Below, one piece after another: positions 25,046 to 38,345 of a DNA stretch of 64,000 bases (its first letter is position 1; every line of letters starts with the position of its first letter). The stretch comes from Mobula hypostoma (Eukaryota). Under the pieces are notes generated by a model. That model ran no database searches and was not told the DNA's origin. It saw nothing but the letters and a program-made list of their open reading frames with translations. The position numbers and the translations under genes were made by a program. The DNA is taken from positions 9,674,001 to 9,738,000 of the forward strand of contig NC_086109.1 in the NCBI RefSeq assembly GCF_963921235.1. The letters run 5' to 3'.

Positions 25046-26547
25046 CCTGTGATCCATAAGACGCAGGAGCAGAAATTGGCCATTCAGCCCATCAAGTCTG
25101 CTCCGCCATTCCATCATGGCAGACTTGTCAGGGACATGGATAGGGTAAATGCAAGCCTGCTGAGGTCGGGTGGGACTACTAGAGGTCATGGGTTAAGGGT
25201 GAAAGGTGAAAAGTTTAAGGGGAACATGAGGAGAAACTTCTTCATTCAGAGGGTTGTGGGGGTGTGGACCCCGAGTTGCCAGTACAAGTGGTGCATGTGA
25301 GCGCGATTTCAAAGTTTTAGAGAAGTTTGCATAGCTACGTGGATAGATTGCCATGGGTCAGGTGCAGGTTGATGGGACTGGGCAGTTTAGATTGTTCGGC
25401 ACAGCCCGAATAGGCCAAAGGGCTTGTCACTGTCCTGTACTTTTCTGTGATTCTATGACACTGTCCCTCTCAACCCCATTCTCCTGTCTTCTCCCAATAA
25501 AACTTTGACAGTGGCTCAAGCACTGTGGCTTTAAAGCAATAAGCTAGCCAGTATGCTATTGTGTTGCCTATTCTACACTGCGGGCAGTATGGTGCCACAC
25601 AGCACAGCAGGAGCTGATAACACTGTCCTGATGCTACATCAGATATTGACACGAGATTCTGCAGGTGCTGGAAGTCCACAGCAACACAGCCAACATGTTG
25701 GAGGAACTCAGTAGATCGGGGAGCACCTATGGAGAGGGAAAAGCAGATGATGTTCCGGGCCGAGATCCTTCTTCGGGACTGGAAAGGAAGCAGGAAGAGG
25801 CCGGAATAAGCATGTATGGGGAGGGGCAGGAGTACAAGCTGATATCTGTTAGGTGAGACCAAGTGAGGTGGTTGGTAGGTACGTGTGGGGGGGGGGGTGA
25901 TGGATTAAGAAGCTGGGAGGTGATTGGTGGAAGAACTAAAGGGCTGAAGAAGGAGAAATCTGATAGGAGAGGAGAGTGGACCATGGGAGAAATGGAGGAG
26001 GAGGGCCACCAGAGGGCATTGATAGGCATGTGAGGAGAAGCGAAGGGATGCGAGGGGAACCAGAATGTGGAGTGCACCACCAGGTTCAGGAACAGTTACT
26101 ACCCCTCAGCTCTCAGAGGTTAGAGAAACCGATGCTCATGCCATCAAGTTGGAAGCTACCCAGATGGAAGTTGAGGTGTTCATCCTCCAACCAGAGAGTG
26201 GCCTCATCATGGCAGGGAGGAATCCATGGACCTAAATGCCGGAATGGGAATGGGAAGTAGAATTAAAATGAGTAGCCACCAGGAAATCCTGAGATTGATG
26301 GAGTGAAGGTGCTCGACGAGGTGGTCCGCCGATCTGGGTTCAGCCTCACCGATTAGGGAAGGCCGCAGAGTAGACAAACCTGACGGACACACAGGTGAAG
26401 TGTGGCCTCACCTGGTTGCTTCACTTTATGAGAATTGTCCTTGTACCGCACAGCGCTCACTGTGTAACGAGCCGATAACTCTGCTGGTTTTCTGTGACGT
26501 TCATGCCGCTGAAGCAGTCCCCTCTGTTTGTTTTGCAGATACCGTAG

Positions 26548-26600
26548 ATGAGCACCAACAGAACTGTGAACCTGAAAATAATCATCATTGGCTCTATGGA
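26548..26600 (+). CDS. RAB7B: Ras-related protein Rab-7b, coding exon 1
   Basis: Acceptor TGTTTGTTTTGCAG (26538); in-frame TAG just before ATG 26548; MSTNRTVNLKIIIIGSM plus GA|GTGAGT; 53 coding nt, phase 2, compatible with the next exon. Missed by the ORF track. Confidence 0.88.
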
Positions 26601-26831
26601 GTGAGTAGCAAGTTATCTTTTCTTACCTACTTCCCTGTGGAGGTATTCCAGGAAAATCTGGGGAAGGCCGTGACAAGGAGAAGGGGATTGGGGGGTGGGT
26701 GGGTATTGCATAAACGAAAAAGCAATTTTAAGACAACATCATGGGAAGATGAATGCAGCAACAGTTAATTGGTAAAATGTCCAAGCACAAAAATCAGTCT
26801 TGTGATTGACACAGAGTTAACATACAGTTTA

Positions 26832-27300
26832 CATTCAGTGGCTACTTCATTGAGTAAATCTGTACACCTACTCATTGATGGAAATATCTAATCAGCCAAT
26901 CATATGGCAGCAACTCAATATATAAAAGCATGCAGGCACGGTCAAGAGGTTCAGTTGTTGCTTAGACCAAACCTCAGAACAGGGAAGAAATCGAACCGAC
27001 TTTGACCATGGAATAATTGTTGGTGCCAGACGGGGTGGTTTGAGTATCTCAGAAACTGCTGATACCCTGGGATTTCCATGCACAACAGTCTCTAGAGTTT
27101 ACACAGAATGGTGCAAGAAACAAAAGCATCCAGTGAGCAGCATTTTTGAATGCAGAAGTGCCATGTTAATGAGGGAGGTCAAAGGAGGTTGGTCAGATTG
27201 GTTCAAGTTTACAGGAAGGTGACAATAACTCAAATAGCCACACGTTACTGCAATAGTGTGCAGAAGAGCATCTCTGAATGCACAACACATTGAAGTGGCC
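26832..27300 (+). mobile_element. Tc1 derivative, left TIR plus transposase N-terminus
   Basis: TA|CATTCAGTGGCTACTT; ORF 27040-27222 SISETADTLGFPCTTVSRVYTEW; same family as 2483 and 21692. Confidence 0.75.
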
Positions 27301-28249
27301 GTGGACAGCTCCAATGCCATATTCAAGGTTACTGACAACACCACTGTCATAGTCCGAATCAAAGATGTGACATATCAGCACAGAGGAGGGAGATTGAAAA
27401 TCTGGCTGAGTGCTGTCATAACAACAACCTCTCACTTAACGTCGGCAAGACCGAGGAACTGGTTATTGATTTCAGAAAGAGGAAACTGAAGGTCCAAGAG
27501 CCAGTCCTCGTCAGAGGACCAGAGGTGGAGAGGGTCAACAAATTCCTCAGTGCTATTATTTCTGAGGATCTGTCCTGGGCCCAGACCATAAGCACAGTTA
27601 TGAGGAAAGCACAACAGTGCCTCTAATTCCTTAGGAGTTTGTAGAGATTCAGCATGACATCTAAAACTTTGACAAACTTTTATCGATGTGGTGGAGAGGA
27701 TATTGACTGTCTGTATGACAGCCTGGTATGGAAACACCATTGCCCTTGAATGGAAAAGCCTACAAAAAGTGATGGATACAGCCCAGTCGATCACAGGTAA
27801 AGTCCTCACAACCATTAAGCACATCTAGATGGAGCGTTGATGTAGGAAAGCAGCATCCATCATTGGGGACCCCCACTGCCTAGCTCATGCTCTGTTCTCA
27901 CACCTGCCTTCAGGAAGAGGGTACGGGAGCCTCAGGGCTAACACCACCAGGCTCAGGAACAGTTGTTAACCCTCAACTCTCAGGCTATTGAACCGAAGGG
28001 GATAACTTCGCTCAACTTCACCTGCCCCATCTCTGAAATGTTCCACAACCTATGGACTCACTTTCAAGCACTCTTCATCTTGTGTTCTCAATATTTGTTG
28101 TTTATTTATTTATTATCATAATTATTATTATCTCTTTCTTTTTGTATTTGCAGCTTGTTGTATTTTGTGCACACTGGTTGAATAGCCAGTTGGTGCAGTC
28201 TTTCATAGATTCTATTCTGGTTATTACTTTTTTATGGACTTATCGAGTT

Positions 28250-28551
28250 TATATAGGCATCCGTTAGTCTCGTAAGACCATGGATTTGCGCCTTGGAAGG
28301 CTTCCAGGGCGCAGGCCTGGGCAGGTTGTATGGAAGACCGGCAGTTGCCCATGCTGCAAGTCTCCCCTCTCCACGCCACCGATGTTGTCCAAGGGAAGGG
28401 CATTAGGACCCGTACAGCTTGGCACCGGTGTCGTCGCAGAGCAATGTGTGGTTAAGTGCCTTGCTCAAGGACACAACACACTTCCTCGGCTGGGGCTCGA
28501 ACTAGTGACCTTCAGATCACTAGACTGACGCCTTAACCACTTGGCCACACC
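28250..28551 (-). mobile_element. tRNA-derived SINE, family A (copy 3)
   Basis: Reverse complement of 22403-22708 with few differences. Confidence 0.88.
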
Positions 28552-31039
28552 AAGTATTGAGTATGCCCACAAGAAAAAGGTGGTACGGTAGCACAGCACT
28601 TCACAGTACAGACAACCCAGGTTCAATTCCCACCACTAACTGTAAAGAGTTTGTTCATTCTCCCTGTGCTCCACAGTCCAAAGGCGTACTGATCGGTAGG
28701 TTAATTGATCATTGTAAATTGTCCCATGATTAGGCTGGGATTAAAGTGAGGGATTGCTGGATGCATGGCTCGGAGTGCTGGTAGGGCCTATTCCGGGCTG
28801 TATCTCAGTAACATAAGGGTTGTATATGGTCAATTTGTGAAATTTGTTGCCACAGGCTGCTGTGGAGGCCGGGTTATTGGGTGTATTTAAGGCAGAGATT
28901 GATAGGATAGGCTACAGCAGCAGAAGACCTCAAAAGTACGCTCTGTGGCTGTTTGATTAGGTACAGGAGGTACTTAATAAAGTGGCCACTGAGTATACAT
29001 CCTCAGTCTTACAGTTTGTCTTAATCTAGCCATTTCACTGTGTCTCTGCTCATTACAATTCAAGTCGTAGGTTCATAGAATGGAAACAGGCCTTCAGCCC
29101 AACTCATCCATACTGACCAATGTGCCTTCTCCAGCTAGTCCCATTTGCCTGCATTTGAGCCATATCCCTCAAAATTTTCCCTCTCCGTGTACCCGTCCAA
29201 TTACCTTTTAAATGTTGGCAGCGTACCCTTCTCAATCACTTCCTCTGGCGGCTCTCTTGTGGGGTGGGTAAACCCAAGATTAAGATTAGTCACTCGAATG
29301 TGGAGAGATGCAGTGGAATGCACCGTTTTTGTGTCAATAACCAGCACAGTCTCAGGACGTGCTGGGAGGCAGCCCACAAGTGTCAGCAGGCTTCTAGCAC
29401 CAACATAGCATGCCCACAGCTTACTAACTCTAACCCGTACAGTTTTGGATTCTGAATCTGAATGCGGAATGCGGGGTGCATCTGGGGCACCCAGGGGTCA
29501 CGGGGAGAACGGACAAACTCCGGACACGGACACTGAAATGTGTAACGTGTTGCGCTATCGTGAATACAACTGTGTCAAACCAGGCAATTCTGCTTTGTGC
29601 CTTGGAAAAGTGCGGACAGAGCGCTGACCTCCATGTAACCACGTGGTGGTGGTCATGTAACGGAAAATGTTAATCAGTGGAGAAACACGGAGCGAGTTTA
29701 GACAGGTTATTCAGTATTCTGCTGGTGTTATTTATCAAAGTTGCCAAGTCAGTTCTAACTCAGCATGCAAACCAAAAGTTTTTTTTAAAGAATCTGAATA
29801 TCCCAATTTTGCCAAACAAATTATACGAAACCAAATACATTATGTGCCGTGACGCATGACGTGGGCGATCAGGGTCTTTCAGCTGTCTTTAATCTGAGAA
29901 GTTGTAATAAACTCTTCGAAACTTTTGCCTGCCCATCCCTTAATGTAACCCATGAATGTCACCGCGACCTTTTTCCCGTAACTGCAGAATGTTCGACCTT
30001 CTTTTTCCTTAGTAGACACCCCAGAAATTCCAGCTGCCGTTTCCTGATTGATGATATCAGCTCTCCTTATTCCGCATTTTCACACTTTCCCATTTGTTCC
30101 TCTGCCCTTCCACGAGATTATTCTCAAAAACCACATTTCTGCAGCTTCGAGTCTTCCCTCACTTTGCTTTGATATTGCCCCTCATTCGCTTCCGTGTGTT
30201 AGTGTGGAATGTGGTAATAACAACACTGTTATTACCCATAGAAATGATGTTATTCTTTAGTATTTTGCTGCAACGTGCATTTAACAATCCCGATCCTCCT
30301 TCTAATTTCAAAATCTGCCTAACTGAGAAATGTCATCCTGCCCCCTAAGTACAAATAAGAACAAAAAAAGGGGGAATATTTAAAATAGATGAATGAGGCA
30401 GCGAACAGGGGAACTACATTAGGCAAAGCTGCCACCTGCAGGCCAATCTTAGTAGTACACACTGGGGAGCGTGGAATCGAACATTGCGTGTGGTGTTCCG
30501 GAGTTCCAGCATCGACTGGATCTCTTGTGTCTATGATTTGTTGCTCCTCTGCGAAGTCTCTTCGTGGACTGCCTACCCTGAAGAAGTTTAGATCTTCTCT
30601 TTGACGGGAGCTCAGTGAAACCCTTTCTCACTGCCCCACCTCTGTAATTTCTGCTGCTCTCTGGCGCTATCTCCCTCCCTGCCTTCTTCCCCCCTTCCTT
30701 CCCAGGGTCTCGGCTTAAAACATTGACTGTTTATTCATTTCCATAGGTGCTGCCTGACCTCCAGCATTTTGTGTGTGAGATGATGGAACTGGCAGACTGG
30801 AAAGCGTTGTTCAAGTACAGATAGAAAGCCGCTTTGCTGAGCCTCTGTGCTGGGTCCCCCTGCTGTCTGGAGTTCCCGTTTGCTATTCCCCTCCCCATTC
30901 AAAGTCAAAATCGAGTTTATTGTCATAGGCACAAGTACATGTGTGAGGTGCAGCGGTTAGTGTGACGTCGTTGCAGCTTTTGGGGCATTGGAGGTCAGAG
31001 TTCAATTTCGACAGTCGGTAAGGAGTTTTTGTGTGAAAA

Positions 31040-31800
31040 GTAGGATTAAAAAAGGTCTAGAGAAGAAGTGGCAGGAGGATTGGAAAAATGAATTAAGGGG
31101 CAGGCATTATTTTCTAGTCACCCACTAGTTAAAAAGGTCTCAGACTGTTACCTTTTAAGTCGTAGAGATATGGTGAATTTTACAAGACTTAGGTTGGGGC
31201 ATTGTGAGCTAAACTACTATTTAAAGATAATAGAAACATAGAAACATAGAAAATAGGTGCAGGAGTAGGCCATTCGGCCCATCAAACCTGCACCGCCATT
31301 CAGTATGATCATGGCTGATCATCCAACTCAGAACCCTGTACCTGCCTTCTCTCCATACCCCCTGATCCCTTTAGCCACAAGGGCCATATCTAACTCCCTC
31401 TTAAATATAGCCAATGAACCGGCCTCAACTGTTTCCTGTGGCAGAGAATTCCAAAGATTCACCACTCTCTGTGTGAAGAAGTTTTTCCTCATCTCGGTCC
31501 TAAAAGGCTTCCCCTCTATCCTCAAACCGTGGATATAGGAAAGCATCCTACTGGATTGTGTGACTGTGGTAGTCCAGAGACAGTCCAGCATGATTTGCTG
31601 AGCTGTAATCGATACAAAATTGAAAGAAGCATGTTGTTCAAGAGGCTATCTGCTTAAATTTATTTTGGTTTTCTATTCAGTCTTTGTTTGGCCATCAAGA
31701 GAATCAACATCTGATTGAAGAGTCTATTATTCAGTTTATATGTGAGACTAGGTTGTATTCAAGAATTTGAGTTCCTTGAAGTTCTATAATTAATTATACA
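31040..31800 (+). mobile_element. I/Nimb-clade LINE 3' fragment split by a young CR1 3' end (~31230-31532, minus strand)
   Basis: Removing the CR1 restores FTRLRLGHCELNYYLKIIG|KHPTGLCDCGSPETVQHDLLSC, a C-terminal CCHC knuckle; the CR1 has a (CATAGAAA)n tail and KNFFTQRVVNLWNSLP. Confidence 0.7.
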
Positions 31801-33034
31801 TCCTGCGGAGGGCTGTAATACGCCTAGATGCGTCTAAACAGCTGGAAACAGAAGAGGATGAAGAGTCTGTGTGTCCTTCTGGTGGAATGCATGGGATTCC
31901 CCCCGGATGCTCTGGTTCCTTCCACAGTCCAAAGGCGTACCACTTGCTAGGCTAGTTGGTCTTTGTAAATTGTCCCATGTTTGAATTGGGTTCGGGTTAG
32001 ATTGTGGGATTGCAGGATGGCACGGCTCGAAGGGCTGGTAGGCCCTATTCTGTGCAGTATCTCGATCAATCAATAAATAGATGTGTGCAGTACGTATGCA
32101 CAGGCGCAATGAAACACTTACTTACTTGCAGCAGGATCAAAGGCACGGAGCATCAGATACACAACATTCACAAGAAAATACACAAATTAACAAGTAACAC
32201 ACAACTTCTGTAAGAAAGAAAACAACTAGAACTAGGTCCATTTTAGTGCAGAGTGATCGAAGTGGTCATGGTGCTGCTAAACAGTAGTGATTAGGGTGGT
32301 TCTGGTTGGGTTGAGAAACGAACAGTTGAAGGGAGGTAGCTGTTCTTGGACCTGGCGGTGTGAGACTGCAGGCTTCTGTACCTTCTGCCTCGTGGTAGTT
32401 GAGCGAAGATGGTGTGGCCCAGACGGTGGGGGCAGCATGGCAGTGCAGCAGTTTGATGCGATGCTTTACGGTGGCAGTGATATGGGTTTAATTCCCACTG
32501 CTGACTGTAAGGAGTTGTATGTTCTCGCCGCGACCCCGTGGGTTTGTTCCGGGTGCTCCGGTTACTTCCTGTGTTGCATGTTTGTTCACTTCCCTGGGGC
32601 TGAAAGGCTTATTGCTGAACTCAGCTCTCTAGTGTAGCTGCATGACCTTCCCAAAGGGTTTCTCTTAGTGATCGAGCGCAGAGTGGGCTCTTCAAGCTAC
32701 ACCACCCCAGCAACCCCCAAGAAACACGATTAAACCTCGCCTAATCAACAGAACAATTTACAATAACCAATTAACCCAGCTGGTATCTCTTTAGACTGTG
32801 AGAGGAAACCTACACATTCCCGGGGAGGGGGGGAGAGGAGGTCGCACAGAGACTTTTTACAGAATAGCACCGTACTTGAACCCTGAAACACCCTGGGCTG
32901 TAATAGGGTCACACTCCCGTGGTTGCCTGTCATTTGGTAGAAACTAGTATAAATATCACAGACATTGGGGATTGTTAGGAATGACAAGAAGACTGACAGG
33001 GTGTGCAGAAAGAAGAACTAGAGTTCATTCCTCA

Positions 33035-33280
33035 ACACGAGGAATCCTGCAGATGCTGGAAATTCAAGCAACACACATCAAAGTTGCTGGTGGAACGCAG
33101 CAGGCCAGGCAGCATCTCTAGGAAGGGGTACAGTCGACGTTTCTGGCCGAGACCCTTCGTCAGGACTAACTGAAGGAAGAGCTAGTAAGAGATTTGAAAG
33201 TGGGAGGGGAGGGGGAGATCCGAAATGATAGGAGAAAACAGGAGGGGGAGGGATGGAGCCAAGAGCTGGACAGGTGATCA
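33035..33280 (-). mobile_element. Young Penelope-like terminal repeat with hammerhead motif (33131-33168)
   Basis: Nearly identical to the first part of 57937-58720; CUGACGA and GAAACGUC intact, one stem II mismatch. Confidence 0.8.
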
Positions 33281-33683
33281 TTCCTCAACCTTTGGTTTCT
33301 GCGACGGACGATGTGTTCGTCTGAAACTTGCTGGTGTGTTCTTCTAATTTGTAAGAATTGTACCTGTGTTTGGAAATCGTTTGTCGTTTGTAAATCTTTT
33401 GTAATTTGGAAATTTCCTATAAATTAGAAATCCCCGGTGTGTGTTAAATGTCTGTTAAGAAATATGTGTCTAAATTTATGTGTATCATTAAAAATAAAAT
33501 AAATTGTGCTTAAAACTGCTTTGATAGCTGCAGGTATCTCCTCGTTTGTGGGGGGAGGGGATCTGTCACTCACGCAGAAGGTATTGGCAGCTAGACCGCA
33601 CCGCAGCAGTTAGACAGGGAAGTAAGCCTTGAAAAGTAGGTGGATACGGTATAACTCCATGTAGTGAGGGTATCTATATGTAT

Positions 33684-33867
33684 CATCATCATTATGTGCT
33701 GTGTCTATGACATCATCATTACACACCATGAATATGTCATCATTATGTACCGTGTCTATGACATTATCATTACACACCGTCTATGACATTATCATTACGC
33801 ACTGTCTATGACATCATCATTACACACAGTGTCTATGACATCATCATTACGTACCGTGTCTATGACG
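33684..33867. repeat. Minisatellite, ~7 imperfect copies of a 24-27 bp unit CATCATCATTACACACCGTGTCTATGA, at the end of a retroposon (~33684-34215)
   Basis: Adjacent direct units with no spacers; continues into an interspersed repeat also seen at ~5835-5900. Confidence 0.8.
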
Positions 33868-35238
33868 TAGGCGATCATGGTCTTTGACAATGATTGTTCT
33901 TGGCAAATGTTTCTACAAACATGATCTGCCATTGTCTTCTTCTGGGCAGTCTCTTTACAAGACCGGTGACCCCAGCCATTATCAATACTCTTCAGAGATT
34001 GTCTGCCTGGCTTCAATGGTCACATAACCAGGACTTGAGATATGCACCAGCTACTCACATGACCATCCATCACCTGCGCCCATGGGTTCACGTGATCTTG
34101 ATTGGGGGTGGGGTGGGCTAAGCAGGTGCTACACCTTGCCCAAGGGTGACCTGCGGGCTAGCGGAGGGAAAGAGTGCCTTACACCTCCTTTGGTAGAGAC
34201 GTATCTCCACCCCGCCTTCCAGTCTATATGTATAGGGCTTAAAATCTTCGTCTGAATTTAGGGCTTTGCAGACAGGGAACCCAATACCATCACACTCCCA
34301 CATTCTGAAAACTAGGGTTAGTAAGTGGTGGGTAAGCTACATTGGCGCCAATAGGGTTGCAAGTAAAGATGAGATTGTTTTGACATTATGCAAAGTTCCA
34401 AAGACCCTCTATATCCGTGAAAGGTCTGTATAAAAGTGGCTCACTTTCATATTCCCTCCGCGATGCTGCCTGACCTGCTGAATAGCTCAGAAGTTTCTTA
34501 TTTTGACTCCAGATTACCGCATCTGTGGTAATCAGTGCATTTGTAGAGAAATTATTTAAATTCACCAACTGAACCCAATGCATAACCAGTGCTCTGTTGC
34601 ACACTGAGCAAGATTCTACCACCTCCTAAACTTTCAGTCAAACAGAGACAGAAAAGTTTAGAGCAGGGGCTGCCAAACTGCAGTCCACGGACCCTTTTCT
34701 TAATGGTATTGGTCCATGGTATGAAAAAGATTGGGAACCCCTGGTTTAGAAGGATATGAGCCAAATGGGACTATAGTAAATGACATCTCGGTCAGAATGG
34801 ACAGGTTGGGCCAAAGGGCCTGTTTCTGTGCTGTATAACAATCACAATGCAATTTCACATCACCTATTATAAAGGCAAACCAACCAATGCTCCCCTGGTA
34901 GAGGTTGGATGCTGCCAAGAGTCCATTCAGGAGAGAGGCCATTCAACACAGCTCATCATACTGACCAGGGTGTCTTCTCGAGCTAGTCCTGTTTGACTGC
35001 TTTTGGCCCAAAGCCCTCCAAATTTGCCTATCCATGTAGCCGATCAAATGTTTTCTTTAGATTCTGTTATGTATCTGCCTCAGCAGCTTGTTCCATGTAC
35101 CCAGAGCCCTCAGCCCTCTGTGAACCTTTGAATCTTCCCTCTCACCTTAAAGCTGTGGATGTGCTCTACCCTGACAAAAAGACTGTGATCATTCCACCTT
35201 ATCTATACCCCTCATGATTTTATAAACATCTATAAGTC

Positions 35239-35730
35239 TGTTTGGGCATATTCTGGGGTTGTATAGCAAATGCTATTTGCAACAGCAGCTAGTCTTCAGA
35301 CCGGAATATGGATTGTATATTGAATTTAAAATGCAGCTCTGACCATTGGCCTTCCTGGAGCTGCGGACTGGCTTTGATTGCAAACCAGGGAACACCCATT
35401 CACTTGAGATGTCTGCATATGCATGAATGCAGCTGCATTGTCAGTGGGGATTAACATTAATCTTGGGTGTCTGGAGTGTTGCTGCAAAGGTGGATGTTTG
35501 AAAATTATATGTAATCCAAAGGAAGCCTTGTAGATACATTGTAAGGATAGAATTGTCCTGCTGTTACCTTTGATCTGTACCATATAAAAATGTCATGTAA
35601 TATTGGATCAGGCAGGCCTCTTCTTCCACAAGTGTCTCGAGTACAATGCCTGCTGCTTCTTCTGCTGAATAAAGACTTTTATATCCACTAGCTTCTGTCT
35701 CTTTCTGATGACTTGTTCACAGTCACAGCA
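35239..35730 (+). mobile_element. Probable solo LTR
   Basis: TG...CA ends, AATAAA ~60 nt before the end, near-duplication AAGTC/AATTC, interrupts a CR1 remnant. Confidence 0.5.
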
Positions 35731-36155
35731 AATTCACCCCTCAATCTCCTTCACTCCAGGGAAATCAGCCCAGCCCGTCTAGCTTTGGTTGGCTAAGTTA
35801 GAGTGGACATGGAGAAAATGATTTCTATAGTGGGAGAGTCTAGGACCAGTGGGCACAGCCTCTGAATAGAAGGATCTTCCTTTAGAACAAAGATCATGAG
35901 AGACTTCTTTAGCCAGAGGGTGTTGAATCCGTGGAATTCATTGCTGTGGAGGCCAGGTCATGAGGTATAGTTAAAGCAGAGGTTGATGGATTCTTGTTTA
36001 GTAAGGGCATCAAAGGAGGCCGGGAATGAGACAGGAGATGGGTCGAGAGGGAAGCTGAATTGGCCATGTTGGGATGGTGGAACAGAAATGATGGGGTGAA
36101 TGGCCTAATTCTGCTCCCATGTTTATGGTCTTTTCATCTGGTCCCTTCATTGCAG

Positions 36156-36282
36156 TGTGGGTAAAACAGCTCTCCTAAACCGGTATGTCAACAACAGATT
36201 CAGAGATGAGTACCAGACGACCATTGGAGTGAGTCTCCTCACGAAGCGGATCACAGTGGATAACGTGGCTGTCAAGCTGCAG
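36156..36282 (+). CDS. RAB7B: Rab-7b coding exon 2
   Basis: Acceptor CCCTTCATTGCAG, donor CAG|GTGAGG; 127 nt; (D)VGKTALLNRYVNNRFRDEYQTTIGVSLLTKRITVDNVAVKLQ covers the G1 end and switch I. Confidence 0.95.
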
Positions 36283-36606
36283 GTGAGGAGATGCGACCTG
36301 CCCTACCAGGTGGGATTGTGTGTGCAGAGGTGGATACGGGGTTACGGGATTGGTAATAGGTTTGTTGCTATCATGTGGAATGTCATCATAATTCTCATCA
36401 TGCTTAAAGTTCTGAGTGGTGTCGATAAGGTGGGTGGTAACAGTCTTATCCCCAGGGTAGGGAGACCAAAACTAGGGGTTATAGGTCCAGGGTGAGAGGG
36501 GAAAGATTTAAAAGAATCTGAATCTGAATCAAACTTATTATCACTGACATATTGCCTTGGAATTTATTGCTTTACAGCAGCAGTACACTGCAAAATATAA
36601 AAATAT

Positions 36607-38345
36607 ATAGTCATAGTCATACTTTATTGATCCTGGGGAAAATTGGTTTTCATAACAGTTGCACCATAAATAATTAAATAGTAATAAAACCATAAATAGT
36701 TAAATAGTAATATGTAAATTATGCCAGTAAATTATGAAATAAGTCCAGGACCAGCCTATTGGCTCAGGCTGTCTGACCTTCCAAGGGAGGAGTTGTAAAG
36801 TTTGATGGCCACAGGCAGGAATGACTTCCTATGACACTCTGTGTTGCATCTCGGTGGAATGAGTCTCTGGCTGAATGTACTCCTGTGCCCACCCAGTACA
36901 TTATGTAGTGGATGGGAGACATTGTCCAAGATGGCATGCAACTTGGAGAGCATCCTCTTTTCAGACACCACCGTCAGAGAGTCCAGTTCCATCCCCACAT
37001 CACTGGCCTTGCGAATGAGTTTGTTGATTCTGTTAGTGTCTGCTACCCTCAGCCTGCTGCCCCAGCACACAACAGCAAACATGATAGCACTAGCCACCAC
37101 AGACTCGTAGAACATCCTCAGCATCGTCCGGCAGATGTTAAAGGACCTCAGTCTCCTCAGGAAATAGAGACTGCTCTGACCCTTCTTGTAGACAGCCTTA
37201 GTGTTATTTGACCAGTCCAGTTTATTGTCAATTCGTATCCCCAGGTATTTGTAATCCTCCACCATGTCCACACTGACCCCCTGGATGGAAACAGGGGTCA
37301 CCGGTACCTTAGCTCTCCTCAGGTCTACCACCAGCTCCTTAGTCTTTTTCACATTAAGCTGCAGATAATTCTGCTCACACCATGTGACAAAGTTTCCTAC
37401 CGTAGCCCTGTACTCAGCCTCATCTCCCTTGCTGATGCATCCAACTATGGCAGAGTCATCAGAAAACTTCTGAAGGTGACAAGACTCTGTGCAGTAGTTG
37501 AAGTCTGAGGTGTAAATGGTGAAGAGAAAGGGAGACAAGACAGTCCCCTGTGGAGCCCCAGTGCTGCTGATCACTCTGTCGGACACACAGTGTTGCAAGA
37601 ACACGTACTGTGGTCTGCCAGTCAGGTAATCAAGAATCCATGATACCAGGAAAGCATCCACCTGCATCACTGTCAGCTTCTCCCCCAGCAGAGCAGGGCG
37701 GATGGTGTTGAACGCACTGGAGAAGTCAAAAAATATGACTCTCACAGTGCTCGCTGGCTTGTCCAGGTGGGCGTAGACACGGTTCAGCAGGTAGACAATG
37801 GCATCCTCAACTCCTAGTCGGGGCTGGTAGGTGAACTGGAGGGGATCTAAGTGTGGCCTGACCATAGGCTGGAGCAGCTCCAGAACAAGTCTCTCCAGGG
37901 TCTTCATGATGTGGGAGGTCAATGCCACCAGTCTGTAGTCATTGAGGCCGCTGGGGCACGGTGTCTTCAGCACAGGGACGAGGCAGGACGTCTTCCTCAG
38001 CACAGGAACCCTCCGGAGCCTCAGGCTCAGGTTGAAGACATGGCGAAGTACTCCACATAGCTGAGGGGCACAGGCTTTGAGCACCCTGGTACTGACACCA
38101 TCCGGTCCTGCAGCCTTGCTTGGGTTGAGACGCTTCAGCTGTCTTCTCACCTGTTCAGCTGTGAAGCCCACCGTGGTGGTTTCATGTGGGGAAACAGTAT
38201 AGTCATGAGAGCAGGGTGGGGGACTGTTAGGAGGGGTAGGAGGGGAGAGTGGAACATGTGTTGGTTGGGGGCCGACAACAGATGGCTCATGTGGGGGATG
38301 GGCAGGGGCCACAACGTCAAATCTGTTAAAGAGCAGGTTAAGTTA
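36607..38345 (-). mobile_element. 5'-truncated Rex1/Babar non-LTR retrotransposon with an uninterrupted RT reading frame (36756-38312)
   Basis: KAAGPDG, DPLQFTY, FFDFSSAFNTI, GAPQGTVLSPFLF, KFSDD, YKYLG motifs; 518 codons with no stop; 3' UTR and (ATAGTC)n tail. Confidence 0.92.

Noticed and set aside
26400..26768. 122-aa ORF from the track
   Set aside because: Out-of-frame overlap of the true 53-nt RAB7B exon; no recognisable protein.
33684..33867. CRISPR-like array
   Set aside because: The units are contiguous with no unique spacers, there are no cas genes, and the DNA is a vertebrate intron.
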